From positions 1-64,000 of the forward strand of contig MQRK01211884.1 of the NCBI GenBank assembly GCA_001938485.1: 64,000 bases of DNA, in the 5' to 3' direction. This DNA is from Girardia tigrina. Its lineage: Eukaryota. This document shows, piece after piece, positions 1 through 61,197 of this stretch. Below the pieces are notes generated by a model. The model was not told the origin of the DNA. It made no database searches and saw only the letters and a program-made list of their open reading frames with translations. Both the position numbers and the translations under genes were made by a program. Each line of letters starts with the position of its first letter. Position 1 is the stretch's first letter.

Positions 1-578
1 AGAAATCCGCCCCACGTTTTTGGTTAGGTATAAAATTTCGCACATGTCTAGAAAAAAATTATTTTCCTCTTTTTAGTGCATTGGTAATACTTGAAAAACG
101 TGGTTGTTTTTATAAAAAAAATTTTTATTAATAATATTATTCTTCATATTGTACTTACTATATAAATATTTATTAAATTCTGTTTAACTATCCTTAAGGT
201 ATTATATTTAATTCGTTTTCAAATCTATTTAATTTATAAATGTCATTACTTTAAATTTTATCTAAAACATTTCTTTTTTAATATTATTAATATTGTAAAG
301 TCTTAAAGATATCTGATCAAAAATGAAATCTTTGCATTTAAAGGTATCCTTGCACTCAAATTCATTAGAAATTCATTACATTCTTGATTAATTATTGAGA
401 ACTGTGGTTTATAATGAATTTACTTATTTGAATTATTTTTATTTCCTTTAAAAAATTTAATTTTAATTTAATTTTAATAAATAAACTTTTTGTACTTTGT
501 CTTATATTTAGTTAAATTTGTAAATGTTTATTCCTTTTTCATCATAATAGTTTTATTTAAATGTATATTTATTTAAAA

Positions 579-981
579 TAGGGGACCATACGTGCGATTT
601 CCCTGGACATGTCTGAGTTCTTGTGCTGGTCTAATTAACAATTATTAGAAATAATGTTAAGTGTCAAAATATGTCTTAAAAGAAGATACTTTTGATATAA
701 CTCATAAATTTACAACGAGAATTATGTATTAATATTTGAACAATGTCATTTAATTAAATATTTTCAATTCAAATTCTGTATTATTTCAATTTGGAAAACT
801 TTCTGCAAGCTTAACCTTTTCTCATCTCAAAAATATACACATTTTAAACATATATATGGTAGGAAAATATCTCATAAGTAATTTAACGCAGAGAATGAAC
901 GAAATATATGACTGTCTGGATTTTTTCCGGGTTTTTATCAATAATTGTCTTCCTTTCGGTTTTAAGAATCTGGTCCCCCTA
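579..981. mobile_element. hAT-like MITE
   Basis: Terminal inverted repeats taggggacca...tggtcccccta resemble TAGGGTGACCA-type hAT ends; TSD not clear. Confidence 0.5.
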
Positions 982-1911
982 TTAAAAAAATAAAATATAA
1001 AAAATAAAATACTTCGGAAGAAATGCTTTATTTGAATAATTTCTTCAAAACATTTTCTTTTAAAACAATAACTATTTTTCTAGATTCAGTACCAATTATT
1101 AAATATATGAAATATTTTTATTAAATTTAAATTGATGTTTCTTATTGTATTATTGGTCATTAATAATCTATGGGGCTGAATTTTGAAGGTACATTAAAAT
1201 TTAGAAGCCAGTTATAAACATTTGCAAAAACATTTAATTGACTAAATTAAAAAATTAACTAGAATTCACTTACGCACCATTGCTAATTTTTTCATTTATC
1301 TAATAATCCCAATTGTATCTATTAGATATTTTATTTCCTGACTTTCAGCTCTTATCTTTATCTAAACTTTAGGGAATTTATATTCCATACATTCAGAATC
1401 GACTTTAGGTATGTTAGATTCGAAAATATATTTTGATAAGAATTCAGATAAAGAATATATTTTATATATTTTTATGAAAGTCTAAGCTTTTTTCATTAAG
1501 TTCTTTAAAAGAAATAAAACTGATAAACAATTGTCACGAATAATATCAAGTTATACCACATCAATTTACATTTATTTCTTTTGCAAATTTTTATCAGATA
1601 AAAATTGAAATGAAAAAAATAACTGAAGATCGATAAATATTTTAAAAATTTTTATTTTTAAAACGATGATAATAAAACTATGGAAATATTTTTATAGAAA
1701 AAGATAAAAGTTTTAAAATTTGAAAATATAATTAAAAACCAAAACACAAAACTTTTTTTAAACAAGAAACCAACGATACAATATTTAATAAATTTATCAC
1801 AACTCGTTTAATTCTAAAAACCGAAGTTTTGTTTATTCGTATCAATCATTTTGACTTTTAGTGAAAATAATTTGAATTTATTTTTTCTATCAATCAAATT
1901 CAAATTAAATT

Positions 1912-48896
<46,985 letters not shown>

Positions 48897-50007
48897 GTGA
48901 GCATCTTGGGTTATTTCTACAGTTATGGAGAATAATTATAGTAATGATTTGTTATTGGATGATCTGTTTAAACAAATGTTGTGTTTTTTTACAAATACTT
49001 TAATTAGAAATCCCAGCTCTTTAAAAAATAATCTGTTTCCATAAATTTTCCTAACAAAGCATACGATCAAACTACTAACAAAACAAACAGTATTTTAGAA
49101 CAAAAGCCAACAGACATTCTCTATCGATTTATTTTGTTTTATTGAAGGAATAATAACCAAATGTTTCTATAATACCACTTTATATTTTACCACTTTAATC
49201 CAATACAGACAGCTTTTTTATTTATATTTTTATGAAAAAGAGATTGCAACATGATGATAACTGTTGTTTGTTTTAAATGATTGACAAACAATATTGTTTT
49301 CGACTAATTAAAACAAATTATAACAACAAATTATGGTGTGTACTGTTATAATTTAGAATTTGTCACAGTTTTTTAAAAAAAATATTCTCTTTGTACCTGG
49401 TATTATTCTTAAGAATTCATCAAAACAAACAAAAACAATTTTAAATTTAAATAAATCTTAATTTTCTTTAAATATTTTTTGCTGTTTTCTTTGTTATACT
49501 AATATAAAATATTTTTTATAAAATATAAAACAATTTTTATTTTATTCTACAGATTTTCCTAATGAACCTTGAATAATATTAATGACACAAAAACTGTTAT
49601 TAAAATGTATCGTTAGACAGTTTATTAATTAATTTATTTCCTGAGTCTGACAGAAGTTCTTGTGGCAAATGTGGAAGACGCATGGGATAAGTGTCATTGC
49701 TGATGATTTCGTAAGATCAATCATGTTTCAATTCGGTAACTGGCAGATTGGTGAAAAAATATATACAAAAGGAATATATTTATACATAATTCTTCCAGTA
49801 ATACAGTAAATAACACATTTGCAATTGTTAAGTTAAACTATTGATTTTCTTTATTATTATTTAAACAAAAATTGCGATTGGATTAATTAACAAGAGTTAA
49901 CATGATTTGTTAAAAATATTTTATTAAAAATAATGTTTTTAAAGGCAAAACTTGATGAAAAAAAGATTATTTGGATTATAATATTTATTTATTCTATTAA
50001 TATAACA

Positions 50008-50415
50008 CTAGAATGTTTATAGGCTACAAGCCGCCCGTGAAAAAAAATTTTAAAAATCTGGAAACTTTTTTTAATTTTTGAAGCTTGAAAAAAATTCCAA
50101 TAAAAATTCGCTTGATTTTGCTTTGTTTTCATTAAAAATTTGTAAATTCGGAGTTCGTACATTTATAAATAAATTTTGTTTCTGAAAGTGACTGTCATAT
50201 GCCAAAACTGACTTCCAGTAAAGGAAGTACCTATTTCCGACGTCGGAACTAACTAAATTATTACAATCTTTATTTTCAGTTGTAATGTTCAATATTTGAT
50301 CTTTCTATTTATTTAATTTTAATAATAATATAATGATATATATCATAGTCTACTTACAATTGCAAGTAATAGATCTTTGAGCGTGACGTGCAAACATTTT
50401 TTAGTCTATTATATT
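50008..50415 (-). mobile_element. Non-autonomous Helitron family A, second copy (internally deleted)
   Basis: Homologous to 21249-21890, including the CTAG end and ctttgagcgtgacgtgcaaac. Confidence 0.72.
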
Positions 50416-50450
50416 AATATAACGTTATTATTTCCCATTCTTTATATTAC

Positions 50451-50928
50451 CTTGCTTTCTATATATATATAAAGAAACAATCAATCAATTTACTCCAAAT
50501 TTTTCTCACTTATTTTCGATGACAATAAATAATAATGTGACAATCTGATCAAAATAATAAGTCAAAAAACATTTTTTTGCAAAAAACGTGTTTGCGGAGA
50601 GCAAATTAAAAAAATTTTCTTTTACATAAACGCTTCAATTTTATTTATTTATTTTTTTAAATAAATTTTATTATTTACTTTTCTTGAATCTCAAACAATT
50701 ATCCCCAAATGTTTAAACTGTATTAAATAGAAATGTGTTGCTTTTATTTCTTCCATGCTTTTTAATAAATTTATTGTGTTATTAGTAACTATTTAAATGC
50801 AAAATAAAATTGTTAAAATTTTGTTTATGAATTTTTCCCTGCTACAAAAGATATAAAACAAATTCTGTTGGCCAAGTAGAATTCTGCCCGAAGAAAGAAT
50901 GGATACAGAATTATTTTTGATTTACTAG
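50451..50928 (+). repeat. Family B diverged copy
   Basis: cttgctttctatatata start, tcgatgacaat block, gaatggata...gatttactag end. Confidence 0.55.
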
Positions 50929-52489
50929 TTTATTTATATTAAGAAACAGTTTATATTAATATAAACTCACGAGGATAAATCATGTAATATGGTAAAATAC
51001 AAAGAATCGTTCATACATTACAAAACGTGCTACGAGATGACGAGGCATTATCGTACCAATGCGTATTCCGTTGATCAGGATAATTCTGAATATAATGGTG
51101 ATATTTTTAGGTTAGAAAATGAGGATTAATATGCAAAACAAATCCGTAAATGTCAGTGTGAGGAATATTTGGAAAATTGATGTTTTTTGTGTTATTTGAA
51201 TGTTTCAATGTTGTGTGTTGATTTTAGATGGTGTCTCTCCTACTCAGGTGGCTGATTATTATTTAATTCTTATTATCTGAAACTAATTTATTCACAATTT
51301 TTAAATGATTTTTGTTAGGATAATTAAATTAATATCAATACATATTTATATTTAAATTCATATCTCTATTTATAAATATATAAAAGATCCATTATATGAT
51401 TATATAAAAAAAATAAAAAAAAAGAAATTGTTTGAATCAATCAACGTAATTATAAATTACGCGCATAATTTAATTTTGATTTGAAATAAACATTTCTTTG
51501 ATTTCCGGTTTTTAATGGATAATTCTTACAATGTTATTAATTTTATTTTTTTAATTTGTTAATTATTAAATCAAATCAGTATTTTTAAATGATTAATAGT
51601 AATTTTATTTTAAGTAATAAGATTTTTAGTAAATATTTTAAATAGAATATATATGTTCAAGTTCGTTCTGATTTGGGATGAGAAGTGTTAAACATTGATT
51701 GATAAATATTTCGGATTGACATATAGATGATAAAAATTGTGATTGTAATAAATGTTGTAAATAAATGTGTGAGTTCCCTTAAAAGTCAGTGCATGTTATG
51801 AATCGTAAAATTTACTGATACAAATCTTTCTCTGAACCAATGATATCTCTTGATATCAATGATATACCTTGATATCTCTCTTCCATCATTTTCCTACCCT
51901 ATTAGAACTTATAACCTTGTTCTTCGCTGAAGTTATATAATAATTATATTCATGTTAAATTATACAGATCATGCATATCTTGCATGAATTATTCATAATT
52001 ATCTTCTTTGTGATTACCCAAGAGCTTTTGAGGATCACAAAATAATAAAGCTTTTAGTTTTTCCATGATCTGGAAAGAACTGTATATCATTTTAAATCTC
52101 CCCAATTATTTTGGTTAAATCATTTATTCTAGAGACACAGGAAGCATGATTGTTTTGTGCTCTTAAATTTTTAACAAAACTAAAAGTTCACCATATTCAG
52201 AACAAGAAAAATCGACCACTGATGTTCATGACACAAACTTTTTTAACAAAAGTTTTATATTTTAAAATTTGTATTTAAGGTTTGTTCAGTAAGCAATGAA
52301 AAGAGATGCACAACAATTACCATGGTGCAAGAGAATATATTTCAAGTCTTCCTGAGAAGACTAATCGAATCAAGCATTTTTCGGTACTGTATTATTGGAA
52401 TGAAATCTGTGCAACTCCTGAAAAAGAGGTAGCTTGGCTACAAGTTTTTCATAATACTTCCACCTAAGTTTGTTTTTGCGAACTTTCAA

Positions 52490-53470
52490 AAATGTACCAC
52501 CAAGTGGAATTTCACAGCGTTATTCGATTTTTGCTTTTGAGGAAGACTGATAGAAGGACATCGTGTGTCAGCTGTAGGAAACATATGGAATTGAATCACC
52601 ATGTAAAGACTCTATTTACAAATGGATAATAGAGTTTCCTCTTGCAGAAGCAATGTGTTTGACGAAGCAAGAAGTATGTGCCTTCGAGGAATTCCATATG
52701 AATAATTGAAAATTTTATTGATTATGATGAAAGAAGAGAGACAAATTACTCATTGAGAGCTGTCAAACCGACTTAATGTGTACAATAAGACTGTCCAGAA
52801 TATGCTGGGGGACCTTGGAGTTAGAAAAAAGTGCAGTTGATTTTTCCCACGCTACCTGACAACCGAGATGCTAGAAAAACGAATGCAAGCATGTCAAATC
52901 AACCTGGGTCTGTTTGACGCTTTTGGACACAATTTTTTAAAGAATATTATAACGGAGGATGAGACTCCATTAAGTTTTTATATTCCATAAAGTAAGCGGA
53001 AGTCTCGTGAATAGGTTTTTCTAGAGGAAAGGCCATCGAAAATGCTCCGTTCGGGAACATCTCGTTGAAAATTTCTCATGCTCACTATGTTTTGGGACGC
53101 AAAAGGAGTTATCAAACTCGACTTAACCTCTGGAATCAATGACTACCATTACTACTGCGCTCTACATAATGATGTGAGACAATTACGACTTAAGCTAAGG
53201 AGCGAAAACCTTTATCTCTTGCGTGACCACGAATCAGTGCACACAGCTCACAAAACAATGGACGCAATCGTCGAAAAAGGGTTTGTGTTGGCTTTTCATC
53301 CACCCTGGAGCCATGACTTAGCTCCAAGGGTTCTTTTTGGTCAAACGAAAATTATTGATCAAGATGAATTGTATGCTGTTGATAAATAAATGCATTACAT
53401 TTTGAATTATTTATATTGGTGCAAACGGATGTACAGTTTCGCAATTGCGACATGGTGATGTTGGTTGGGT
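52490..53470 (+). mobile_element. Degenerate mariner transposase
   Basis: VEFHSVIRFLLL..., NIITEDETPLSFY, MLTMFWDAKGVI, LLRDHESVHTA, HPPWSHDLAP, with many stops. Confidence 0.8.
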
Positions 53471-55845
53471 CGGTATCGAGTAGTCTAAAAATTATAAATT
53501 TTGTCTAACCTCGGTGACGCAGGTTCCCGAGATGACCGGTCCAAAATTGTGTATGAGTCATAAAACCAACGACACAAAAAAACGAAATTAGTTTAATCAA
53601 ATTCGACAGTTTATTGTAATGAGGCTGTCTTATTTTATTGTATTTTTGTTCGACTTTCAAAATTTCTTCGCTCGCTTTCTCATCAACTCGTCTCCAATTT
53701 CGTACATAAACCTTTGAATTTCTTTTCTTACGCCATTCGAACTTATTTGCTCAAATTCACTTTTCTTTTACTGACAAATTTCAATCCTTAAATTAATCAA
53801 GACTTAAGAAAAATTTCAATCATGACTGAGTCACAAAATTCTTTTATTCTCTTTTATCACAAAAACAAATTCAAATCTCGACATTCATTAACTTCATTTA
53901 CAAATAAATTAAATAAACTTTCACAGCCAAACTTACAAAAAACTAAAATAATTCGCGCGATTACCCCAATCAAAATTCCTAAATATTACAACAAATTCAA
54001 AAATGGATTAATTTTTCTTTATTTAATTATTTTCCATTTTAATGATTTTTTATTTAACTTAAATTTAATTATTTAATATTTTTCAAAGTTATTTACATAT
54101 TTCATTTTTGATTCTTCTTTTATTGTTGATAATTTAGTTTTTGTCTTCATTTTGACCAACAACAAAAAAAGCCGAAAATAAGCCAAAGCACAAAATTCAT
54201 CACATTCCGCACGCAACAGTCGCTTGAACTGATCGTTCATATTAATGGCAAACAATACATCTTAGAATAACAATATCTTTCAGTCTATGATATCAGCATA
54301 AAGATCAGTATCACCGTATTGAAATGTATAATTAATAATTCGGGGAGATGGAGAACCTCCAAAATTAATAAGAGTTGATGAGAATTTATGGATACCAATT
54401 CTATATATTCTAAACTCATATTGAAAGTAGACACATTAGCACTGGAAAAGAGACCGTTCTCAAAAGAATTGAACAATTTAAGTATTGGATTTTTTAGTGA
54501 CTTAACCTCTACATAGAATCACTCAAAATTTTTAATGTTTTTCGTTGATACCATTAACAGTTATTCATAAGTTTACAAATAAAATCAAAACTTAATATCT
54601 TTACTCAAACGTTCCTAATTTATTTTAAAAGATTTCAAAACAAATAATTTGGGTTTGGTTAAGACAATTTATCAAAATAATATATTCTTTAAGACAATGT
54701 TTGGAAAAGTCGATTTGCAATAGAAAAACAGTTCGAATGGCTCTATTTCACGAATGTTGTTTGAAACTAAACACGCTTTAGCATAATTTAGTTTGATATC
54801 CATCGAATAGCATCCACTTCATGCGTCAATTATATTCTAATGGTCGTCTTTGGCGTAATTTATTTCAATCATTAAATTATAATCAACATTGCATGCACGA
54901 ACATATCTCGGTGTCTATTTATTCAACTTATATTTGAGATTTGTTGAAAATTATTTTCAAGTATTATTTATTATTATTATCATCTCATACTTTAATAATA
55001 ATGTGATTGATAGTATAAAGGAGCCGTTTGAAATTTGTGGTTGCGACTCAGTCGAATTTAGATTTTCCAGGGGTTACCTTGGACCATCGAAAATATGGGG
55101 TTTCGTCTGTTATAATGTGTTAAATTTATTATTCTACAGACATTTTATGGTGGTAATTACTATGTTTACTATCATTTTCTATCATTTCATAAAACATGTA
55201 AAGTGGGTGTATCAACTCATGATCACAATAAATCAGTTCAAACTCATCTCCTTACACAAATTGTGAAGCATAGATTTATAAATTACTTTGATTTACTATC
55301 ACAAAATAAGCATAGGACCTATGTTTTGATAATTGATTAGACAATTTGTAAGGTTCTATTTGGATAAAAATAAAGTCAAAATTAAAATAATCAGAATTAA
55401 AATGTGTGAAATCAAAATGCTATTTATGACAAGAATATTTATTGAATAGCAATTCCAGAAGACCGTTTTTAAACTCTTATAGAATTTCCTAATAGAAAAA
55501 CAATATTTTAGTCGTCTTCTTCATTTCAAGGCATGTAGACATAAATTGTTTGATCATGGGGAAATGTTTTCCCGCTTGGGTGTTGATGTGTTTGTACCCT
55601 GGTCGAGCCGTCTGGTTCTGTTTGTGTGAAACCAATTCTTAGACTGGCTGCCTCTTAGATCACTTCCATAACTTATTGGTTCATTTAACCAGGATTTATA
55701 ATGTATTCTTCATAAATTTTTCGACTTTATAATCTTTCACAATAAGAATACATTTTTATTGAAATATTTCACTTTTATTATTAATTACATTACTTTTATT
55801 TCTATTTGTAACCTTAAAATTGATGATATTTTTTGTATTTTCCAT

Positions 55846-56835
55846 AGGCGTCGTCCATTTATAAAAAAAGATTTTAGACCCGCTTAGCCCTTCTGGCAAA
55901 CTGTCACAATTTTTTGACCCCCATCTGAGTGACGTCCAAATAAAATTGAAAATATGAATTTAAATTTCCGACCAGAAATGTTAATTGAATTTTATTAATT
56001 TTCCAAATTTTATAGTAAATAATAATCAATGGAAATTAAATTTAAATATTCTCCAGATTCTGCATCCATAAGTGTCTCCTCCGCATTGAGTGATATATAT
56101 TCAACATCATGGTGTAATTGCACCAATTATTCATTCTTACCTTTAAGTAATACATTTTTAGCTTCTTTTTGTGTTCGTACTTCTATTGTGTATATTTTTT
56201 AATGTTTCTTTACATTTCAATCGATGCAAAATTATTCTAAGTATAATTCTCCAGTATAACCAAAATTTTCTCTTTCTAATTCCGAGTCAACAGTTCTTGC
56301 ATTTTTGTCTTAATGTGTTCTTGGAAGTATGACACCCCTCAGTTGTCGGCTTAATGGAGTCATGTTTCTTTCGACAGGGTTAAATGCGCTTCTTCTTACA
56401 GCGTTTGTGGCGATGAATAGTGTCTAAATTTAACTTTATAAAATGATTAATGGTATTTCTTCTGATAACGAGGAAATTAATCGGGTTTACAACATTATTA
56501 AGTATGCAAAAAATTTTCAATTTTCTTACATTTTAACAAAATTTTCAATTTTCATTTTTTTAAATCAGCATATAGCCGATAAGGTTTTCTATATTTTTCT
56601 TTGTGTTTGGATTTTTCTTGAGGTTGTGGAGCTGATTTCGTGGCACCTGATTTTCAAAACTGATTTTTTTTTAAATTTTGAAATAAGTTAAGTATTATAC
56701 TTAATTTGAATTCTTGTTTCTATAGAAATATAAAAAGTACGTCCCAAAATCTTGACCCTCTACCTACCCTGTCACAAAGTACCACAAGTGCTCAGAACCC
56801 CTCCGAAATTTGGTCATCATAAATGAAGGATGCCT
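55846..56835. mobile_element. Decayed DNA transposon/MITE (Harbinger/ISL2EU-like ends)
   Basis: Imperfect 16-bp TIR aggcgtcgtccattta / taaatgaaggatgcct; subterminal ctgtcacaa and ttgaccc repeats at both ends. Confidence 0.45.
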
Positions 56836-57149
56836 TGTATTTATTAAAATTAAATTAAAAATAAAATCTTTCTTATTGTTCTCCAGATTAATTTATTATT
56901 AATTTCAATTTCCATTTGTTGTTGATTTGATCAATTCTCGATATTCACATCTTAAAAGTCGCAAATTTTATACTAAAATAAGGCGTTTGTTAACGGAATA
57001 TTATTAGATTATGTAAATCATGGTAGACAGAAATTATTTTCATTCCTCAATGTTTATTAATTGGTTTTTTCAATATAAAAAAAAATCAGATTTTTTTTTG
57101 CTGTCACTAATTTAATAGATCTCAATTTCTCATTCTGATAGATTATATA

Positions 57150-57880
57150 TATAGTTTAATATTTTAATTGTTCTTAATAAAATGATTTTTAAAGGTATAT
57201 TAGTTTAAATGGAAAAATTTCAAAATATATTATAATTTATTAAAGTATTATTGGGTAATATTGGCAAAAATATTTTAATTAAAAATTTTAAGTATTGAAA
57301 TAACCTTACTTTGCCCATTCTGAATGTTAATTGATGGGTTGTAGTGTCTTATTAGTAGAGATTCACAAGACTTTTATAATGTGAATCGAATCCCTTTTGT
57401 AGAACAGAAAACTCATCTTTTGAAATGGATGAGGTTCTATCCTTAAAACATAACCAATGATCAAGAACCTTACTCGATCGAATCATTTGCGAGTACTCTC
57501 TAATGTACGAGTTTTGACATCCGTGACAATTAAATTCATATACCAGATTAGCTTGCAAATCACAAACTGTTTTCGATTTGTTTGAGAGAAAACTTTGAAC
57601 TTTGGATGTGACAGAGACTACTTTAGCACTACTTATTGTTCTACAAATACTCTTCTTAAAATATTTTTGTCAATATTACCCAATAATACTGTAATAAATT
57701 ATAATATATTCTGAAAATTTTTCACTTTAAACTTAATATACCTTTTAAAATCATATTACTAAGAACAATTAAAATATTGAACTATTCAAATATTGAACTA
57801 AAAAATATTTATATATTAAATTTCCAAATATTGCTGATGATGAATGTATGTAAGCATCAAACATGTCCAATAAATATATA
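57150..57880 (-). mobile_element. Penelope-like fragment with an inverted pseudo-LTR
   Basis: Minus-strand NLVYEFNCHGCQNSYI (GIY-YIG) flanked by ~125-bp inverted repeats at 57152-57276 and 57658-57784. Confidence 0.75.
57829..57872 (+). ncRNA. Degenerate hammerhead ribozyme
   Basis: tattg-CUGAUGA...c(G lost)AAAC-AU-GUC-caata; perfect 5-bp stem I and a GUC triplet. Confidence 0.6.
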
Positions 57881-57921
57881 AAAGTAGCTTTAATCAAATT
57901 ATATATTTTTAAAATATATAC

Positions 57922-57977
<56 letters not shown>

Positions 57978-59831
57978 NNNNNNNNNNNNNNNNNNNNNNN
58001 NNNNNNNNNNNNNNNNNNNNNNNNNNNATATATATATATTATTTTTCTTTTTAGAAGCATTTAAAATTTCTATAAAACTTGATTTTGTGAGGCTTTTGTT
58101 AAACCAATTAATTTTTGCCTCTGATTTTTAATATTTTGGTTTGCGATTTTCAGATGACAAAATTTTCTGATTTATATGTTTGTATATTGATATAAAAAGT
58201 TAAATTAATTAAACATTTTCATAATATAAATCTTTATTATTTTGAAGATGTCAGTTTTTCAAATATAATTTAAGGATGTTAATGATAGTTGGATCTACCC
58301 TTGTTCTTTTATGCATTCTCTTTTCGTATAAATTTTTCGGTGATGGACAACGTTGACTCTATATAATTAACTTTTATTATTGGAAACTTTCTTTATATTT
58401 CTGTTAACCTTTTCCAATTTTTCATAGAATAGATAGAATTATCTTATAACCATATCAAAAGAATAAGTTTTTGCAAAGTAAATCTGTCTTTTCATGAAAT
58501 CGTTTGTGAAATTTTATCAATACTGTGGTGATGTCATTCCTCACCACATTCAATAATATTGAACTTCAATGATGTCACATCTCATGACATCACTAGAGTT
58601 CAAATTCCGGTGATTTCATATGTCATGAGATCACTGATATATGCAATCGTAAGGTCAGATGCAATTGTATAAACTGACCCCAGGGCATATTATATAATAT
58701 TATATAAAATTGCCTTAATATAAAAGATCGACGATTTGCCAGTTGAATTGGTTAGCAAACTTTAATCAATGTTTTTATAATAAATTTTATTATCTATTTT
58801 GCGTTCTTTACAAATACTATCATTTCTTTATTCTATAATAATAGTGTAATACAAAGTAATGATATTAACAATGATAAATTATATAATTATAATTAAAAAG
58901 CGAAATAGAAATCAAAGATCTTTTATGATCGCATAAAAACAGTTTGAAGAGAAAAAGTAAAATAAAAAAATATTAATATTTTAAATTTGTCATTAGGTTT
59001 GCTTTTATTGATCGTTTTTACATAATTTCAAAGAAGTGTAAATAAACATACATAAAATAATGTAAATAAACATAAATAAAAGATGTATGATACAACAATG
59101 AATCCGTATTTAAACCTAAATATACTTATAGTATTTTTATAGAACAAATCATGCAATGGTCTTGTTAGATTATCTGTCAAGTCAGTTCTTCACTGTCACG
59201 AATGTTTTGTTCTGTGATTAAACAAGAAGAAAACCCTCAAAGACATATCAGTGATTTATTGTGTATGGGAAATCGATACAGCTTTTTTAATTGCCTTCAG
59301 GGTTCGATGAACAGTGTAAACTTGTGAGTTATCATACAGAATAAAGAGATAGTGATTCATAGACATGCTTGCTTGAATTCAATCTTAATTATCCCATTGA
59401 GACCCAAAAAAATACTTATCATAAGATATTTTTCAGAATGTTTTAGAAAAATTAATTTTCGACTGTATGGAACATAAAAGTCAACGTCATTTCATCCACA
59501 TTTAAAAAAGTTTCTCCTAAGAAAACCAAAAAGAGCTCGATTTTCTAGAAATGCTTGCATTCACTTTTATCGCATTTCAGCTGTCAGGAAGCGTGATACT
59601 AACAAATTTCACAATTTCCCATTTCAATATTCTCCAATGTGTTTTGTCCGTCTTCTTTCTCACATAGAGTCTACTTTATTTCTCTTTTGGTGACTCGTCT
59701 CTCTTCTTTCATAATACTCTTTAAATCTTTTAATTTCCCTTCTGTAATTTCTTTATGTCGTTCATTTCATTCGGTGTCAAACATGCTGTGACTGTCAAAT
59801 GGAAACCCTCTCATTTAACCTCGCATACGTA

Positions 59832-61197
59832 CAGTCAGGTGCAAAAAATTGTGAACGCTTGTTTCTATACTGCTTTTTGTTGTTGCACTGCATGTTTGTG
59901 TATTCTTTGTTAAGTATACATAAACCATTTAAATGATTAAATGCATATTTTCTTTTTATTACTTTTCAAGTTATAAATTGTCATTATTTATTTTAGAATC
60001 ATGCCTGTCTGCGGCAAGAAGCTAACAACAGAACAGCGTTCAGCAGTTTTGGCATTGCAGAAGCACGTCGTTTCTTATCGACAAATAGCTACAACTTTTA
60101 ATGTTTCCCTTGGAGTTGTGTGTCAGACTGTTCAGAGAAAAATGGAGACCGGTTCCTTATGTTCAAGATCTCGATCTGGTCGTCCAAGGTCAACCAGTCA
60201 AAGAGACGACAGAAAAATTTTACAGGAGGCTAAAAGAACCCCTCATGTTACAGCAGTGCAACTTCGCAGTAGGCTGTCCCAGCCCTTGCAAACCGTCAGC
60301 AAATGGTTAATCCATCACAGATTAGCTGACGGAGTCTCAGGTCCTCAAAGCCAGCCAAAAACCACTGCTATCTGCAAAAAATATTTCAGATCGTGTTGCC
60401 TTCTTCAAGCGTTATGAGCATTGAACTGCAGAGCAGTGGGACTGCGTGCTATTTCGTGACAAGACAACCATATCATAGTTTCCTAGCACCTCTGGTAATG
60501 TTTGGCGACCTCAAAATAAACGTTTTGATCCTAAATATCTGGTGCCCACTGTCAGGATGCCTGAAAATTGATGATTTGGGGTACTATTTCATCGCGTGGT
60601 CATCAAGGACTGTGGTTCATGCCAAAGGGAACCACTATAAATGGTACAGTTTATTTAGAAATTATAAAGGAAAAGTTGTCATCATTTATGGAGTTACACA
60701 GAATGACCTTCTTTCAGCATGATGGAGTACCTTGCCACAATGTCAAGGCTGCTCGAGAGTGGTTAGCGCAGTCAGGCTTCCAAATTCGTGGTCCTTGGCC
60801 AGGCAACTCACCGGATCTCAATCCGATTGAGAATGGCTGGACCCAGGTGAAGAAACAGGTTGCTGCCTTGCGCCCAAATTCCCTGCAGGACATGATCAAA
60901 GCAAAGAAAACTGTTTGGTCTCAAAAAGTGTCACAAAACTATTGTAAAAAATTATGCCCTTCGATGCCTGACCGAATTCGTTCAGTTCTCAAAAATAAGG
61001 GTAAACACACAATATGCTAAATATACACTGGTTTTTCGTGGTTTATGTGCCAGTTTTGACAAGTTTTGATAAATTTGTGTCTTATTATAATGTTCTAATA
61101 ACATCTTTGTATTTTAATGGGCTTTTGTCAATATAATTGCAGTTGGGTGCAAAAGACAATTTAACAACAAGCGTTCACAAACTTTTGCACCTGACTG
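59832..61197 (+). mobile_element. Tc1-like transposon (DD35E) with a frameshifted transposase at 60001-61020
   Basis: ~32-bp TIRs cagtcaggtgcaaaa...gaacgcttgtt, TA TSD, RSGRPR linker, QHDGVPCH...WPGNSPDLNPIE. Confidence 0.93.

Noticed and set aside
344-352. U12-type donor-like GTATCCTT (and TTCCTTAAC at ~5420)
   Set aside because: No compatible exon pair; the implied intron would span the RSK start. Likely chance.
51840-51880. Short tandem tgatatc repeats (similar arrays at 34110-34155)
   Set aside because: Simple slippage repeats without spacers; not CRISPR-like, and the DNA is eukaryotic.
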